From the NCBI GenBank assembly GCA_964004705.1, contig CAXFOQ010000001.1, positions 7,467 through 71,466 of the forward strand: a stretch of DNA of 64,000 bases, written 5' to 3'. Shown piece by piece: positions 1-9,006 of the stretch. The position numbers and the translations under genes are program-made. How positions within the stretch are numbered: position 1 is the first letter of the stretch; the number at the start of each line of letters is the position of its first letter. Source of the stretch: an uncultured Flavobacteriales bacterium (GTDB taxonomy: Bacteria; Bacteroidota; Bacteroidia; Flavobacteriales; UBA7312). The notes under the pieces are model-generated. The model was given only the letters and a program-made list of their open reading frames with translations. It searched no databases and was not told the origin of the DNA.

Positions 1-2
1 TT

Positions 3-1358
3 AATAATCAATTTGCTTTACCTGAAGTATATGAAGATGCTGATAAAATGGAAAAGTTGATGGCTAAACAAGGCGAATTACAAGATCAAATTGATGCTGC
101 TGGAGCCTGGGACTTAGAAACTAAGTTGAATATAGCTATGGATGCTCTAAGATGTCCAGAAGGTGAAAAATCGATTTCTGTATTATCAGGTGGTGAAAAA
201 AGACGAGTAGCATTGTGTCGTTTACTACTAAAAGAACCTGATATTTTATTACTAGATGAGCCAACAAATCATCTAGATGCTGAATCGGTAAATTGGTTAG
301 AGCAACATCTACAACTTTACAAAGGAACCGTAATTGCTATTACTCACGACAGGTATTTCCTTGATAACGTAGCGGGTTGGATATTAGAATTGGATAGAGG
401 AGAGGGTATTCCTTGGAAAGGCAATTATTCATCTTGGTTAGATCAAAAATCTAAACGATTAGCTCAAGAGGAAAAGCAGGCCAGTAAACGAAGAAAAACA
501 TTAGAGCGTGAGTTGGAATGGGTTCGAATGAGCCCCAAAGGAAGACAATCCAAATCCAAAGCTCGTTTGAGTAATTACGATAAACTCATTAGTGAAGAAA
601 ATAGGCAGAAAGAGGAAAAAATAGAATTATACATTCCGCCAGGGCCTCGTTTGGGCACAAATGTTATTGAGGCAAAAGAAGTTTCCAAAGCCTTTGGAGA
701 TAAGTTATTGTATGAGGATTTGAATTTTAAGTTACCCCCAGCAGGTATTGTTGGTATTGTAGGCCCTAATGGAGCTGGAAAAACAACACTTTTTAGAATG
801 ATCATGGGACAAGAAGTAGCTGATAGCGGCTCATTCAGTATTGGAGAAACTGTAAAAGTGTCTTATGTTGACCAACAACACGCTGATATAGATCCAGAAA
901 AAACTATTTGGGAGCAAGTAACAGGTGGAAATGAATTGTTAGAAGTTTCTGGTAAAAAAGTAAATTCTCGCTCCTATGTAGCTAAATTTAATTTTCAAGG
1001 TTCTGACCAAAATAAAAAAATAGCTTTTTTATCTGGTGGTGAAAGAAACAGACTTCATTTAGCTATGACACTTAGAGATGAAGGCAATGTGTTGCTTTTA
1101 GATGAACCTACTAACGACTTAGATATAAATACTTTACGTGCATTAGAAGAGGGTCTAGAAAATTTTGGTGGTTGTGCAGTTATCATCTCTCATGATCGTT
1201 GGTTCTTGGATAGAGTGTGTACTCATATTTTAGCATTTGAAGGCAACTCACAAGTGTATTTCTTTGAAGGCGGTTATAGCGATTATGAAGAAAATCGTAA
1301 AAAACGTTTGGGTGATGTTGGCCCAACTCGTATTCGTTACAAGAAGTTACTACGTTAG
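3..1358 (+). CDS. ettA: ABC-F ATPase, EttA-type translational throttle protein (5' end cut by window edge)
   Basis: The frame stays open upstream of the first Met to base 3 (NNQFALPEVYEDADK), so the N-terminus lies outside the window. ABC signatures LSGGEKRR and LSGGERNR, Walker A GPNGAGKTT, Walker B LLLDEPTN twice, and a charged inter-domain linker typical of ABC-F. Confidence 0.9.
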   Translation, partial: NNQFALPEVYEDADKMEKLMAKQGELQDQIDAAGAWDLETKLNIAMDALRCPEGEKSISVLSGGEKRRVALCRLLLKEPDILLLDEPTNHLDAESVNWLEQHLQLYKGTVIAITHDRYFLDNVAGWILELDRGEGIPWKGNYSSWLDQKSKRLAQEEKQASKRRKTLERELEWVRMSPKGRQSKSKARLSNYDKLISEENRQKEEKIELYIPPGPRLGTNVIEAKEVSKAFGDKLLYEDLNFKLPPAGIVGIVGPNGAGKTTLFRMIMGQEVADSGSFSIGETVKVSYVDQQHADIDPEKTIWEQVTGGNELLEVSGKKVNSRSYVAKFNFQGSDQNKKIAFLSGGERNRLHLAMTLRDEGNVLLLDEPTNDLDINTLRALEEGLENFGGCAVIISHDRWFLDRVCTHILAFEGNSQVYFFEGGYSDYEENRKKRLGDVGPTRIRYKKLLR

Positions 1359-2731
1359 TTATTGTTTGCAAATAATTTCTTAATGTTGGATAAACTAAAT
1401 AACTTAGAGTCCATATTGGCTTTATGACTTAGTATTATACCTACAGGTAATAGTAAAAGATTCGCTATCCACATACCTGTAAAAACAGATATTTCTGATT
1501 CTTTCACCATCTTTTCAGCAGTCACAGATACGATGTGATACATAATAAAAAACCCTACTGAAACAATCACGGGCATTCCAAATCCACCTTTTTTAATAAT
1601 AGCACCAAGAGGAGCGCCTATCAAAAAGAATATAATACATGCCACTGCAAGTGACCACTTTCTATGCCATTCGACTTTATGTTTAATAGCAATTTTTTGA
1701 TAATAAGTTTGATCAGATATGATATTGTTTAACATTGATTTTATATACTTTACAGAAGAAATAGCATTGGTATAAATAATAGATTTATTGTGTGTTATAT
1801 TGTTATCTTTTCTTTTGAAGTTGTTTTCTAATTTTTGAAAATCAAATTTTATTTTATTTGAAATATTAGATTTGTGTAGATATAATTTGGTATTACTCTT
1901 TGAATATATAGAATCTATTGCAATACTAAGTTGGGCATTATTCATCATAGCATAATGATTGCGATACAATTCCTCGCTGGTTCGTTTCATACCAAAATCA
2001 GATAAATCAAACCTTAAAATATCTTTTTTAAATTGACTTCGCTGTAAGGGGCGTTTTTCGCCTTTTTTATTAATGTTCATCTCAAAATAACTGTAGCCAT
2101 TTTCTAAAGAAATAATGAAATAGTTTTCATTTTCTGAAAGGTACATTTGACCCTTTTCAGCAATGATTACCTTATCGTTACCTTCTTCTGAGGTGTGGTC
2201 ATATATCATAACACCCTCCAAATCGATACCATTTTCTAACTTTTTATCGATCTTAATACTATAACCACTCAATTCATTGTTAAATATACCTTCCTTAATG
2301 TTTAAAGCAGGTTTTTGTTTTCTTATATCATATAGCAGTGAACCAGCTTTAAGGTTAGCGTAAGGCATAAAATAATTGGAGAAAAGGAAAGAAATTGACG
2401 ATATAATAATAATGAATATTAATAATGTTTTCATGCATTTTTTTAAAGATATGCCAGCTGATTTAATAGCTATCAGTTCATTTTTTTCTGCAATATTTCC
2501 AAAAGTCATGATAGAGGATAACAATACTGAAATAGGTAATGCAATAGGAACAAAACGAGCAGTAGCATAAAATAATAACTTAGATATAATCAATAAGTCC
2601 AAGCCTTTACCAACCAGGTCATCTATGTACTTCCATAAAAATTGCATGAGCAATAGGAAAATAGCAATTAGAAAAGTATAAATAAAAGGACCTGTAAAAG
2701 ATTTTAAAATGAAAAGATTTAGCTTTTTCAT
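1355..2731 (-). CDS. LptF/LptG-family (YjgP/YjgQ) LPS export permease
   Basis: N-terminus MKKLNLFILKSFTGPFIYTF..., 3+3 TM layout with a large central soluble loop, typical of the LptF/G family. Convergent 4-nt overlap with ettA. Confidence 0.8.
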   Translation of the reverse strand: MKKLNLFILKSFTGPFIYTFLIAIFLLLMQFLWKYIDDLVGKGLDLLIISKLLFYATARFVPIALPISVLLSSIMTFGNIAEKNELIAIKSAGISLKKCMKTLLIFIIIISSISFLFSNYFMPYANLKAGSLLYDIRKQKPALNIKEGIFNNELSGYSIKIDKKLENGIDLEGVMIYDHTSEEGNDKVIIAEKGQMYLSENENYFIISLENGYSYFEMNINKKGEKRPLQRSQFKKDILRFDLSDFGMKRTSEELYRNHYAMMNNAQLSIAIDSIYSKSNTKLYLHKSNISNKIKFDFQKLENNFKRKDNNITHNKSIIYTNAISSVKYIKSMLNNIISDQTYYQKIAIKHKVEWHRKWSLAVACIIFFLIGAPLGAIIKKGGFGMPVIVSVGFFIMYHIVSVTAEKMVKESEISVFTGMWIANLLLLPVGIILSHKANMDSKLFSLSNIKKLFANNN

Positions 2732-2746
2732 TTAGTATGAAGTACT

Positions 2747-3121
2747 TTATGATCCAATAATATGTTTCAAATTGTCAATTTGTGTATCCCAAAGGTTTGT
2801 TGCGTCTTCTTTATCTTCTTCATCATCGGCAAAATCTGAAATTATAAGAGAAACATCAGAGGTTAATTCGTCAATTTGTATTCTAAATTCAAAATATTCA
2901 TCGGTTTCTGAGTCTAACCATCTAAATCGGATATGCTCACCTTTCTTCTTACTGATTAACTCAGCATCTTGTGAGCTACCTTCCCATGTAAAAGTATAAA
3001 TACCTTCTCTGTTGATATTTACATCGTCAGCAAACCATTCTGATAATCCACTAATAGTACTTAAACGTTCGTAAAGTATTTTTACAGAAGAATGTAAAGG
3101 GTATTCTAGTTGATATAACAT
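2747..3121 (-). CDS. START/SRPBCC-like small protein (AHSA1-like), function unknown
   Basis: 124 aa with a GLSEWFADDV motif and acidic C-terminus. Resembles START-like domain proteins conserved in Flavobacteriia. Assignment is from memory of the family only. Confidence 0.5.
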   Translation of the reverse strand: MLYQLEYPLHSSVKILYERLSTISGLSEWFADDVNINREGIYTFTWEGSSQDAELISKKKGEHIRFRWLDSETDEYFEFRIQIDELTSDVSLIISDFADDEEDKEDATNLWDTQIDNLKHIIGS

Positions 3122-3179
3122 TGGACATTTATTTTAAGCTTCGAGCTCAATATATGCAAATAATTTACAATGACAAATT

Positions 3180-3896
3180 TTAATATTTATGAATTAAAAA
3201 AACACTAGGCTTTTTATTCAAGTTTAGGTTCTTTTTTCTCCAATTTTTAATATTGTCTCTTATAATACTTTCCGACTCCGTACTAATATTTGTTACAATT
3301 ACTAGTTCGGTGCTAGCTTGACAATATTTACATAAATCTTCTAGCATATGATTGTTTCGAAATGGTGTTTCTATAAATATTTGTGTTTGTTGTTGCTTAA
3401 ACGATAAATTCTCTAAAAATAGTATGCGATTCCTACGATTTGTTTTTTCTTTGGGTAAGTAACCATTAAAAGCAAAGTTTTGACCATTGAGTCCTGAAGC
3501 CATAAGAGCCATTAAAATGGATGATGGACCAACTAAAGGAATTACATTAATACCTCTATTATGAGCTATTTTTACAATATCAGCACCCGGATCAGCAATT
3601 CCAGGACAACCAGCTTCTGAAATTAATCCAATATTTTTACCATATTCAATGCAATCTAGCATAGAAGATAATTCAAAATTCTTGGTGTGCTTATTAAGTA
3701 AATGAAATTTTATATCGTCAATAGCTGTATTTATACTAGATTTTATAAGAAAGCGTCTTGCCGAACGTATATTTTCCACAATAAATTCAGAACAAGAATT
3801 TATATAAGTTGTATTTTCTTGAGGAAGTACTTTGTTTACCTCTGTTTCTCCTATTGTACTAGGAATTAGTATTAGCTTACCTTTCTTAGATTTCAT
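3180..3896 (-). CDS. SAM-dependent methyltransferase, tetrapyrrole-methylase fold (RsmI/YraL-like)
   Basis: GLISEAGCPGIADPGADIV motif characteristic of TP_methylase/RsmI-like enzymes; 238 aa. Confidence 0.7.
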   Translation of the reverse strand: MKSKKGKLILIPSTIGETEVNKVLPQENTTYINSCSEFIVENIRSARRFLIKSSINTAIDDIKFHLLNKHTKNFELSSMLDCIEYGKNIGLISEAGCPGIADPGADIVKIAHNRGINVIPLVGPSSILMALMASGLNGQNFAFNGYLPKEKTNRRNRILFLENLSFKQQQTQIFIETPFRNNHMLEDLCKYCQASTELVIVTNISTESESIIRDNIKNWRKKNLNLNKKPSVFLIHKY

Positions 3897-4311
3897 TATT
3901 TATTCTTTGACAAGCCTCGTACAACATCTCATATACTTTAATAAAACCTTCTTTTCCACCAAAAAAAGGATCTGGAACATTTTTTTGTTTTGATAGAGTG
4001 TAATGTACTTTTTCTTTAAAAGTTTCGTTTTCTGCTAGAGCTATAACATTTTTAAAGTTTTCATCATCCATAATGAAAATCTTATCAAATCGATTAAAAT
4101 CCTCTGTTGTAAATTGCCTAGCAGCTAGATTTGAAATATCTAATCCGTAAGATCGCGCCGTTTCAATCATTCGTCTGTCAGGTGGGCTACCAATATGGTA
4201 ATTAGAAGTTCCTGCAGAATCGACATTAATATTAGGATTTATGTGTCTAAAAATACCTTCAGCAAGAGGTGAGCGGCAAATATTTCCTAAGCAAACGAAT
4301 AGTATTTTCAT
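3886..4311 (-). CDS. Low-molecular-weight protein-tyrosine phosphatase
   Basis: N-terminal P-loop VCLGNICRSPLAEG (CX5R-S) and a C-terminal DP motif; 141 aa. Overlaps the downstream methyltransferase by 11 nt. Confidence 0.9.
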   Translation of the reverse strand: MKILFVCLGNICRSPLAEGIFRHINPNINVDSAGTSNYHIGSPPDRRMIETARSYGLDISNLAARQFTTEDFNRFDKIFIMDDENFKNVIALAENETFKEKVHYTLSKQKNVPDPFFGGKEGFIKVYEMLYEACQRINNEI

Positions 4312-4331
4312 CTTGCTTTGTTTTGAAAATA

Positions 4332-5765
4332 TTAGTTAAGTGTTAACTTTTTTTCAATGTCGTTAACAAAAGCTCTAAATTGTTTGTCGGTATCAATAAG
4401 GTTATTGACTGTTTTACAAGCGTGTAAAACTGTTGCATGATCTTTATTACCACAATGAATTCCTATATTAGCAAGTGAGTTTTTAGTTAGCTGTTTAGAG
4501 AAAAACATTGCTAATTGTCGAGCTTGAACGATTTCTCTTTTTCTAGTCTTAGATTTCATTAATTCGATAGGAATATCAAAATAGTCGCAAACTACTTTTT
4601 GAATGTAATCGATTGAAATTTCTCTGGCAGTATTCTTCACAAACTTATCTAACATTTCTTTAGCTAAGTCAATAGTAATATTCTTTTTATTGAGTGAAGA
4701 TTGAGCAAGTAAAGAAATCAGAGCGCCTTCTAATTCTCTTACATTCGTAGTGATTGAGTATGCGATATATTCAACTACCTCGTATGGCATTTCAATACCA
4801 TCGTTGTATAATTTCTTTTTAAGTATTGCAATACGTGTTTCTAAATCAGGTGATTGTAAATCCGCTGATAAGCCCCACTTAAATCGAGATAGTAATCGTT
4901 GTTCTACACCTTGCATATCTACAGGTGCTTTGTCTGATGTTAAAATAATTTGTTTGCCATTTTGGTGTAAATGATTGAAAATATGGAAAAAAGCGTCTTG
5001 AGTTTTCTCTTTTCCTGCAAAGAATTGTACATCATCTATAACTAATACATCAATAGATTGATAGAAGTGGATAAAATCATTTTTCTTATTGTCCATAATT
5101 GAGTCAACAAACTGTGTTTGGAATTTGTCAGCTGAAACATAAAGAACAGTCTTGTCTGGATATAAATTTTTTACTTCAATTCCAATAGCGTTGGCAAGGT
5201 GTGTTTTTCCTAATCCACCATTACCATAAATAAGTAATGGGTTGAAAGATGTACCCCCGGGCTTTTGTGCTACTGCATAGCCAGCGGAACGAGCTAATCT
5301 ATTACAATCGCCTTCAACAAATGTATTAAAGGAAAAATTAGCATTGAGTTGAGGGTCTACTTGTATCTTTTTTAAACCTGGAATGACAAATGGATTTCTA
5401 ATAGAAGTCTCATTTATATTAATAGGCATGTGAATAGGAGTATTCTTGAGGTTACCTTTGTTTCTGCTTGGTATTTTAGTAACATAAGGTTTTGTGTTGT
5501 AATTGTTATCCATTACAATGCTATACTCTAACTTGCCTTCTTCACCTAATTCTTTTTTAACAGTTTTTTTAAGCAAATCAATATAATGTTGCTCTAGCCA
5601 TTCGTAGAAAAATTGAGATGGTACTTGTATTGTGAGTACATTACCTTTCAAACGAATAGGCTTAATAGGTTCGAACCAAGTTTTAAAAGATTGTGGGCTA
5701 ACATTATCCTTGATAATGCTAAGACAATTGTTCCATACAACCTCGAAAACTTTATTTTCTGTCAT
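4332..5765 (-). CDS. dnaA: Chromosomal replication initiator protein DnaA
   Basis: 477 aa; AAA+ Walker A GNGGLGKTHL, DDVQF Walker B, sensor and box motifs, and the C-terminal DNA-binding helix region IGIHCGNKDHATVLHA. Confidence 0.97.
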   Translation of the reverse strand: MTENKVFEVVWNNCLSIIKDNVSPQSFKTWFEPIKPIRLKGNVLTIQVPSQFFYEWLEQHYIDLLKKTVKKELGEEGKLEYSIVMDNNYNTKPYVTKIPSRNKGNLKNTPIHMPININETSIRNPFVIPGLKKIQVDPQLNANFSFNTFVEGDCNRLARSAGYAVAQKPGGTSFNPLLIYGNGGLGKTHLANAIGIEVKNLYPDKTVLYVSADKFQTQFVDSIMDNKKNDFIHFYQSIDVLVIDDVQFFAGKEKTQDAFFHIFNHLHQNGKQIILTSDKAPVDMQGVEQRLLSRFKWGLSADLQSPDLETRIAILKKKLYNDGIEMPYEVVEYIAYSITTNVRELEGALISLLAQSSLNKKNITIDLAKEMLDKFVKNTAREISIDYIQKVVCDYFDIPIELMKSKTRKREIVQARQLAMFFSKQLTKNSLANIGIHCGNKDHATVLHACKTVNNLIDTDKQFRAFVNDIEKKLTLN

Positions 5766-5884
5766 TTAACTTAAAAATTAAAAATTAAATACGTTTTTTT
5801 CTTTGTTTTAAATTGAAAAACAAATGTGTTAATAAAAAAGTTTAAAAAAAAATTTTCTACCACTTGATTTTAATGTTTTTTTTA

Positions 5885-5915
5885 CAGATAAGATTTTTTT
5901 TATGACTCTTATCTG
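5885..5915. repeat. 9-bp perfect inverted repeat CAGATAAGA-N13-TCTTATCTG in the dnaA upstream region
   Basis: Read directly: left arm 5885-5893, right arm 5907-5915. No U-run follows it in either orientation, so it is not a canonical intrinsic terminator. Confidence 0.6.
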
Positions 5916-5939
5916 AAAGGTAAAACAAAAACTTTTTTT

Positions 5940-6869
5940 TTAGGCAGTTACATCTAATACTTTGCTATCAAATGAGTGTTCAAAACTACGATAATTTGAC
6001 ATATTTTTATTAAAATAAAAGTCAATTTTACCTAATTTAATAGCTCCAAATCCAACTTGACTGATAAGTACATCTTTTTTAACACTATTTTTTACAATTA
6101 CGGGTTCATTGATAAAGGAATGAGTGTGCCCCCCAATTATCAAATCGATGTTTTTAGTTTGAGTAGCTAACTTCATATCACTGACTTTGTTGTTTTTGTA
6201 TTTAAAGCCTAAATGAGACAAGCAAACGACTAAATCACAATTTAACTTTTTCTTTAGATAACTGGCTTTTTTATTGGCAACAGATATGGGTTCAAAATAT
6301 TGTGTATTACCATAAAGTTTTGGGTCAACCAAACCTTTTAACTCTACACCTATTCCAAATACTCCTACTTTTATTCCTTCTTTATTAAATACTTTATGTG
6401 GTATTACTTTATCCTCTAATATAGTATTTCTAAAGTCATAGTTTGAAGAAATGAATTGGAAATTAGCATGATGCATTTGACTTGCTAGTCCATCGATTCC
6501 ATTGTCAAAGTCATGATTTCCAATAGTCACAGCATCATAGCCAATATCACTCATTAGTCTAAATTCCAGTTCTCCACCAAACAGATTAAAGTAAGGAGTG
6601 CCTTGAAAAATATCTCCAGCATCTAGCATAAGAATATTTTCTTCTTCTTGTCTTAGCTTTTTAACAAGCGAGGATAATTGTAACATACCTCCTAACCCTT
6701 TGTTACTTCCTGACGAAAATGCTTCGATATGACTATGCATATCGTTAGTATGAAGTATAGTTAGTTTAATTGGTTTTTTAGCAGGGTTAGAAAAAGCTTC
6801 TAGAGGAGATAAACTTACAAGGGCAGTGCCTAGTCCAATTTGTTTTATGAATGTTCTTCTAGTTTTCAT
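5940..6869 (-). CDS. Metallophosphatase (N-terminal-type catalytic domain of UshA-like 5'-nucleotidase), Tat-exported
   Basis: Twin-arginine signal MKTRRTFIKQIG. Calcineurin-like motifs HTNDMHSH, DAGDIFQG, GNHDFD and GGHTH. Confidence 0.85.
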   Translation of the reverse strand: MKTRRTFIKQIGLGTALVSLSPLEAFSNPAKKPIKLTILHTNDMHSHIEAFSSGSNKGLGGMLQLSSLVKKLRQEEENILMLDAGDIFQGTPYFNLFGGELEFRLMSDIGYDAVTIGNHDFDNGIDGLASQMHHANFQFISSNYDFRNTILEDKVIPHKVFNKEGIKVGVFGIGVELKGLVDPKLYGNTQYFEPISVANKKASYLKKKLNCDLVVCLSHLGFKYKNNKVSDMKLATQTKNIDLIIGGHTHSFINEPVIVKNSVKKDVLISQVGFGAIKLGKIDFYFNKNMSNYRSFEHSFDSKVLDVTA

Positions 6870-7533
6870 CTAATAGAATTAAATACCTTTTGTCTAAGTT
6901 TGACGAAATACTGTCTTTTTTAATACAATAGTTTATGAGAGCATCTCTCATTTTGATACCCACTTTGTGTTGTGTTTTATATTTAAAGAATTTCATTTTA
7001 TCACCTCCATTAGCCAAATAGTCTGTTGTAAGAACTAAAAACAAGCTATCATTAAGTGAAAAGTCATCAGTAAAAGCTACAGGTTGTCCACCAGTTAAGT
7101 TGAAATAAGCTTTTAAATCAAGCATTTCAGTTTTGTTCAACTCTAAAACAACTAATTCATTTTCGAAAGGCATAAGCTTATATAAATCTCTTTTGGTGAT
7201 GTCTCCTTTAGGTATTGGACTTCTTAGACCACCGTTATTGAAAAAACCAAGGTCAATATCATCTTCATACATATCTTGAGCCATTTCTAAGCATACGTCA
7301 GAAGTCCAATTACCTAACAAACTCTCTGGTTTTTTTTTGCTCATCTCAACTGTAGAATGACATATAACAGCATTCATTTGAGAATCTAGCTTAGTTTTGT
7401 ATGGTATAATAGTATTATATATATTGCTGTCTACCTCTAAAGATAGTACGTCGTAAACTTCACGATTAAAACTGTATTCAATAGTATTTGATATAGAAAG
7501 CGAAATGACCAATAAAAAGTAAATGAACTGCAT
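6859..7533 (-). CDS. 5'-nucleotidase C-terminal (substrate-binding) domain protein
   Basis: Hydrophobic N-terminus. NNGGLRSPIPKGDIT..LMPFENELV and TTDYLANGGD motifs typical of the 5_nucleotid_C domain. 11-nt overlap with the downstream metallophosphatase gene. Confidence 0.8.
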   Translation of the reverse strand: MQFIYFLLVISLSISNTIEYSFNREVYDVLSLEVDSNIYNTIIPYKTKLDSQMNAVICHSTVEMSKKKPESLLGNWTSDVCLEMAQDMYEDDIDLGFFNNGGLRSPIPKGDITKRDLYKLMPFENELVVLELNKTEMLDLKAYFNLTGGQPVAFTDDFSLNDSLFLVLTTDYLANGGDKMKFFKYKTQHKVGIKMRDALINYCIKKDSISSNLDKRYLILLDEN

Positions 7534-7622
7534 AGTACAAATCTAAAATTTATACTTAAATTATTGTTAAAAAATTATTGATTAATTAATCTTTTGAAAA
7601 TATCATCAGTAAACTAATTTGT

Positions 7623-7630
7623 TAAATTTG
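7623..7630 (+). promoter_or_regulatory. Bacteroidota-type -7 promoter box TAAATTTG (TAnnTTTG)
   Basis: Exact match to TAnnTTTG, 26 nt upstream of the SPFH gene ATG (7657). Confidence 0.45.
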
Positions 7631-7656
7631 ATTTTTAATAAATTAAAACTAAAAAC

Positions 7657-8595
7657 ATGAACACATTTTTCTTTATTTTACCTTTAATTATAATTATAGT
7701 TCCGCTTTCATTTTTTATAGTTAAGCAACAAACTGCTGCTGTAATAGAACGTTTTGGTAAGTTTACCTCTATACGCCATTCTGGGCTTCAACTTAAAATC
7801 CCTGTTATTGATAGAATAGCTGGTAAATTGAGTTTGAAAATTCAACAATTAGACGTAGTCGTAGAAACTAAAACTAAAGATGATGTCTTTGTTAAGCTTA
7901 AAGTATCTGTACAGTTTCAAGTGATTAAAACAAAAGTGTACGATGCTTTTTATAAACTAGATTATCCACACGACCAAATTACATCATACGTTTTTGATGT
8001 TATTCGAGCAGAAGTTCCTAAAATGAAGTTAGATGATGTCTTTGAAAAGAAGAACGATATTGCTATAGCTGTAAAGTCAGAGCTAAATGATGCTATGGTA
8101 GAGTATGGGTACGATATCATCAAGACTTTAGTTACTGATATTGACCCTGATGCACAAGTTAAAAATGCAATGAACCGAATTAATGCTGCCGAGCGCGAAA
8201 AAGTAGCAGCTCAATATGAAGGTGATGCGGCACGTATTTTAATTGTTGAAAAGGCTAAAGCAGAAGCAGAAAGTAAGCGTTTGCAAGGTCAAGGTATAGC
8301 CGATCAAAGAAGAGAGATTGCTAGAGGATTAGAAGAATCTGTTGAAGTGTTAAATAAAGTAGGAATAAACTCACAAGAAGCATCAGCATTAATTGTAGTC
8401 ACTCAACATTATGACACCTTACAAGCTGTTGGTGCTGATACCAATAGTAATTTGATTTTATTACCTAATTCCCCACAGGCAGGTTCAGATATGTTGAATA
8501 ATATGGTGGCTTCATTTACTGCAAGTAATCAGATAGGTGAAGCTATGAAGAAGCAAGATAAGAAGAAAAATTCAACTGCTGACACAAACAAATAG
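7657..8595 (+). CDS. SPFH/band-7 (stomatin/HIR-like) membrane protein
   Basis: N-terminal TM helix followed by AAVIERFGKF...LQLKIP, and an A/E-rich coiled coil (EREKVAAQYEGDAARILIVEKAKAEAESKRLQGQG) typical of SPFH proteins. Confidence 0.85.
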   Translation: MNTFFFILPLIIIIVPLSFFIVKQQTAAVIERFGKFTSIRHSGLQLKIPVIDRIAGKLSLKIQQLDVVVETKTKDDVFVKLKVSVQFQVIKTKVYDAFYKLDYPHDQITSYVFDVIRAEVPKMKLDDVFEKKNDIAIAVKSELNDAMVEYGYDIIKTLVTDIDPDAQVKNAMNRINAAEREKVAAQYEGDAARILIVEKAKAEAESKRLQGQGIADQRREIARGLEESVEVLNKVGINSQEASALIVVTQHYDTLQAVGADTNSNLILLPNSPQAGSDMLNNMVASFTASNQIGEAMKKQDKKKNSTADTNK

Positions 8596-8598
8596 AGC

Positions 8599-9006
8599 GT
8601 GTTTTCCCACCAAACCAAAATAAGAGTTCGCTATGCCGAGACGGACAAAATGGGTTACGTCTATTATGGTAATTATGCAACTTACTTTGAAGTAGCTAGG
8701 GTAGAAGCCTTAAGAAGCTTAGGTATTAATTACAAAGAAATGGAGGGTAAGGGAGTGATGCTCCCTGTCCTTTCTTATTCTACCAAGTTTTTTAAACCGG
8801 CTTATTACGATGAAGAATTGACCATTAAGTTATTCATAAAAGAAATGCCTCAAGCCCGAATTCATTTTCATTTTGAAACTTTTAATGAATCGACTGTGAA
8901 AATTAACCAAGCAGAAGTCGTTTTAGTTTTTGTTGATATGGAAAAAAATAAACCCTGTTCTGCTCCTGAGGAACTGACATCTAAGTTAAAATCTTTCGGA
9001 TTATGA
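8599..9006 (+). CDS. Acyl-CoA thioesterase, 4HBT/YbgC hot-dog fold
   Basis: GTG start; RVRYAETDKMGYVYYGNYATYFEVAR motif characteristic of YbgC/FadM-type thioesterases; 135 aa. Confidence 0.8.
   Translation: MFSHQTKIRVRYAETDKMGYVYYGNYATYFEVARVEALRSLGINYKEMEGKGVMLPVLSYSTKFFKPAYYDEELTIKLFIKEMPQARIHFHFETFNESTVKINQAEVVLVFVDMEKNKPCSAPEELTSKLKSFGL

Noticed and set aside
575-805. Antisense ORFs of 60-120 aa in the six-frame track, for example 575-805, 2376-2570, 2772-2999, 4750-4974, 10354-10539, 12260-12451, 13696-13947, 14146-14364, 20655-20924, 23606-23890, 25251-25466, 27829-28116, 31417-31713, 37789-38013, 38609-38962, 46929-47297, 48017-48292, 54361-54648, 55747-55974 and 61056-61259.
   Set aside because: Each lies opposite a long gene with clear family motifs. 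Their translations are low-complexity (Ser/Leu/Ile/Phe-rich), as expected from reading AT-rich coding DNA backwards, and none has a recognisable motif or its own promoter or terminator.
7962-7970. A perfect consensus DnaA box TTATCCACA.
   Set aside because: It is a single isolated copy inside the SPFH coding sequence (codons for DYPHD) with no neighbouring boxes or AT-rich unwinding element. It is compatible with chance.
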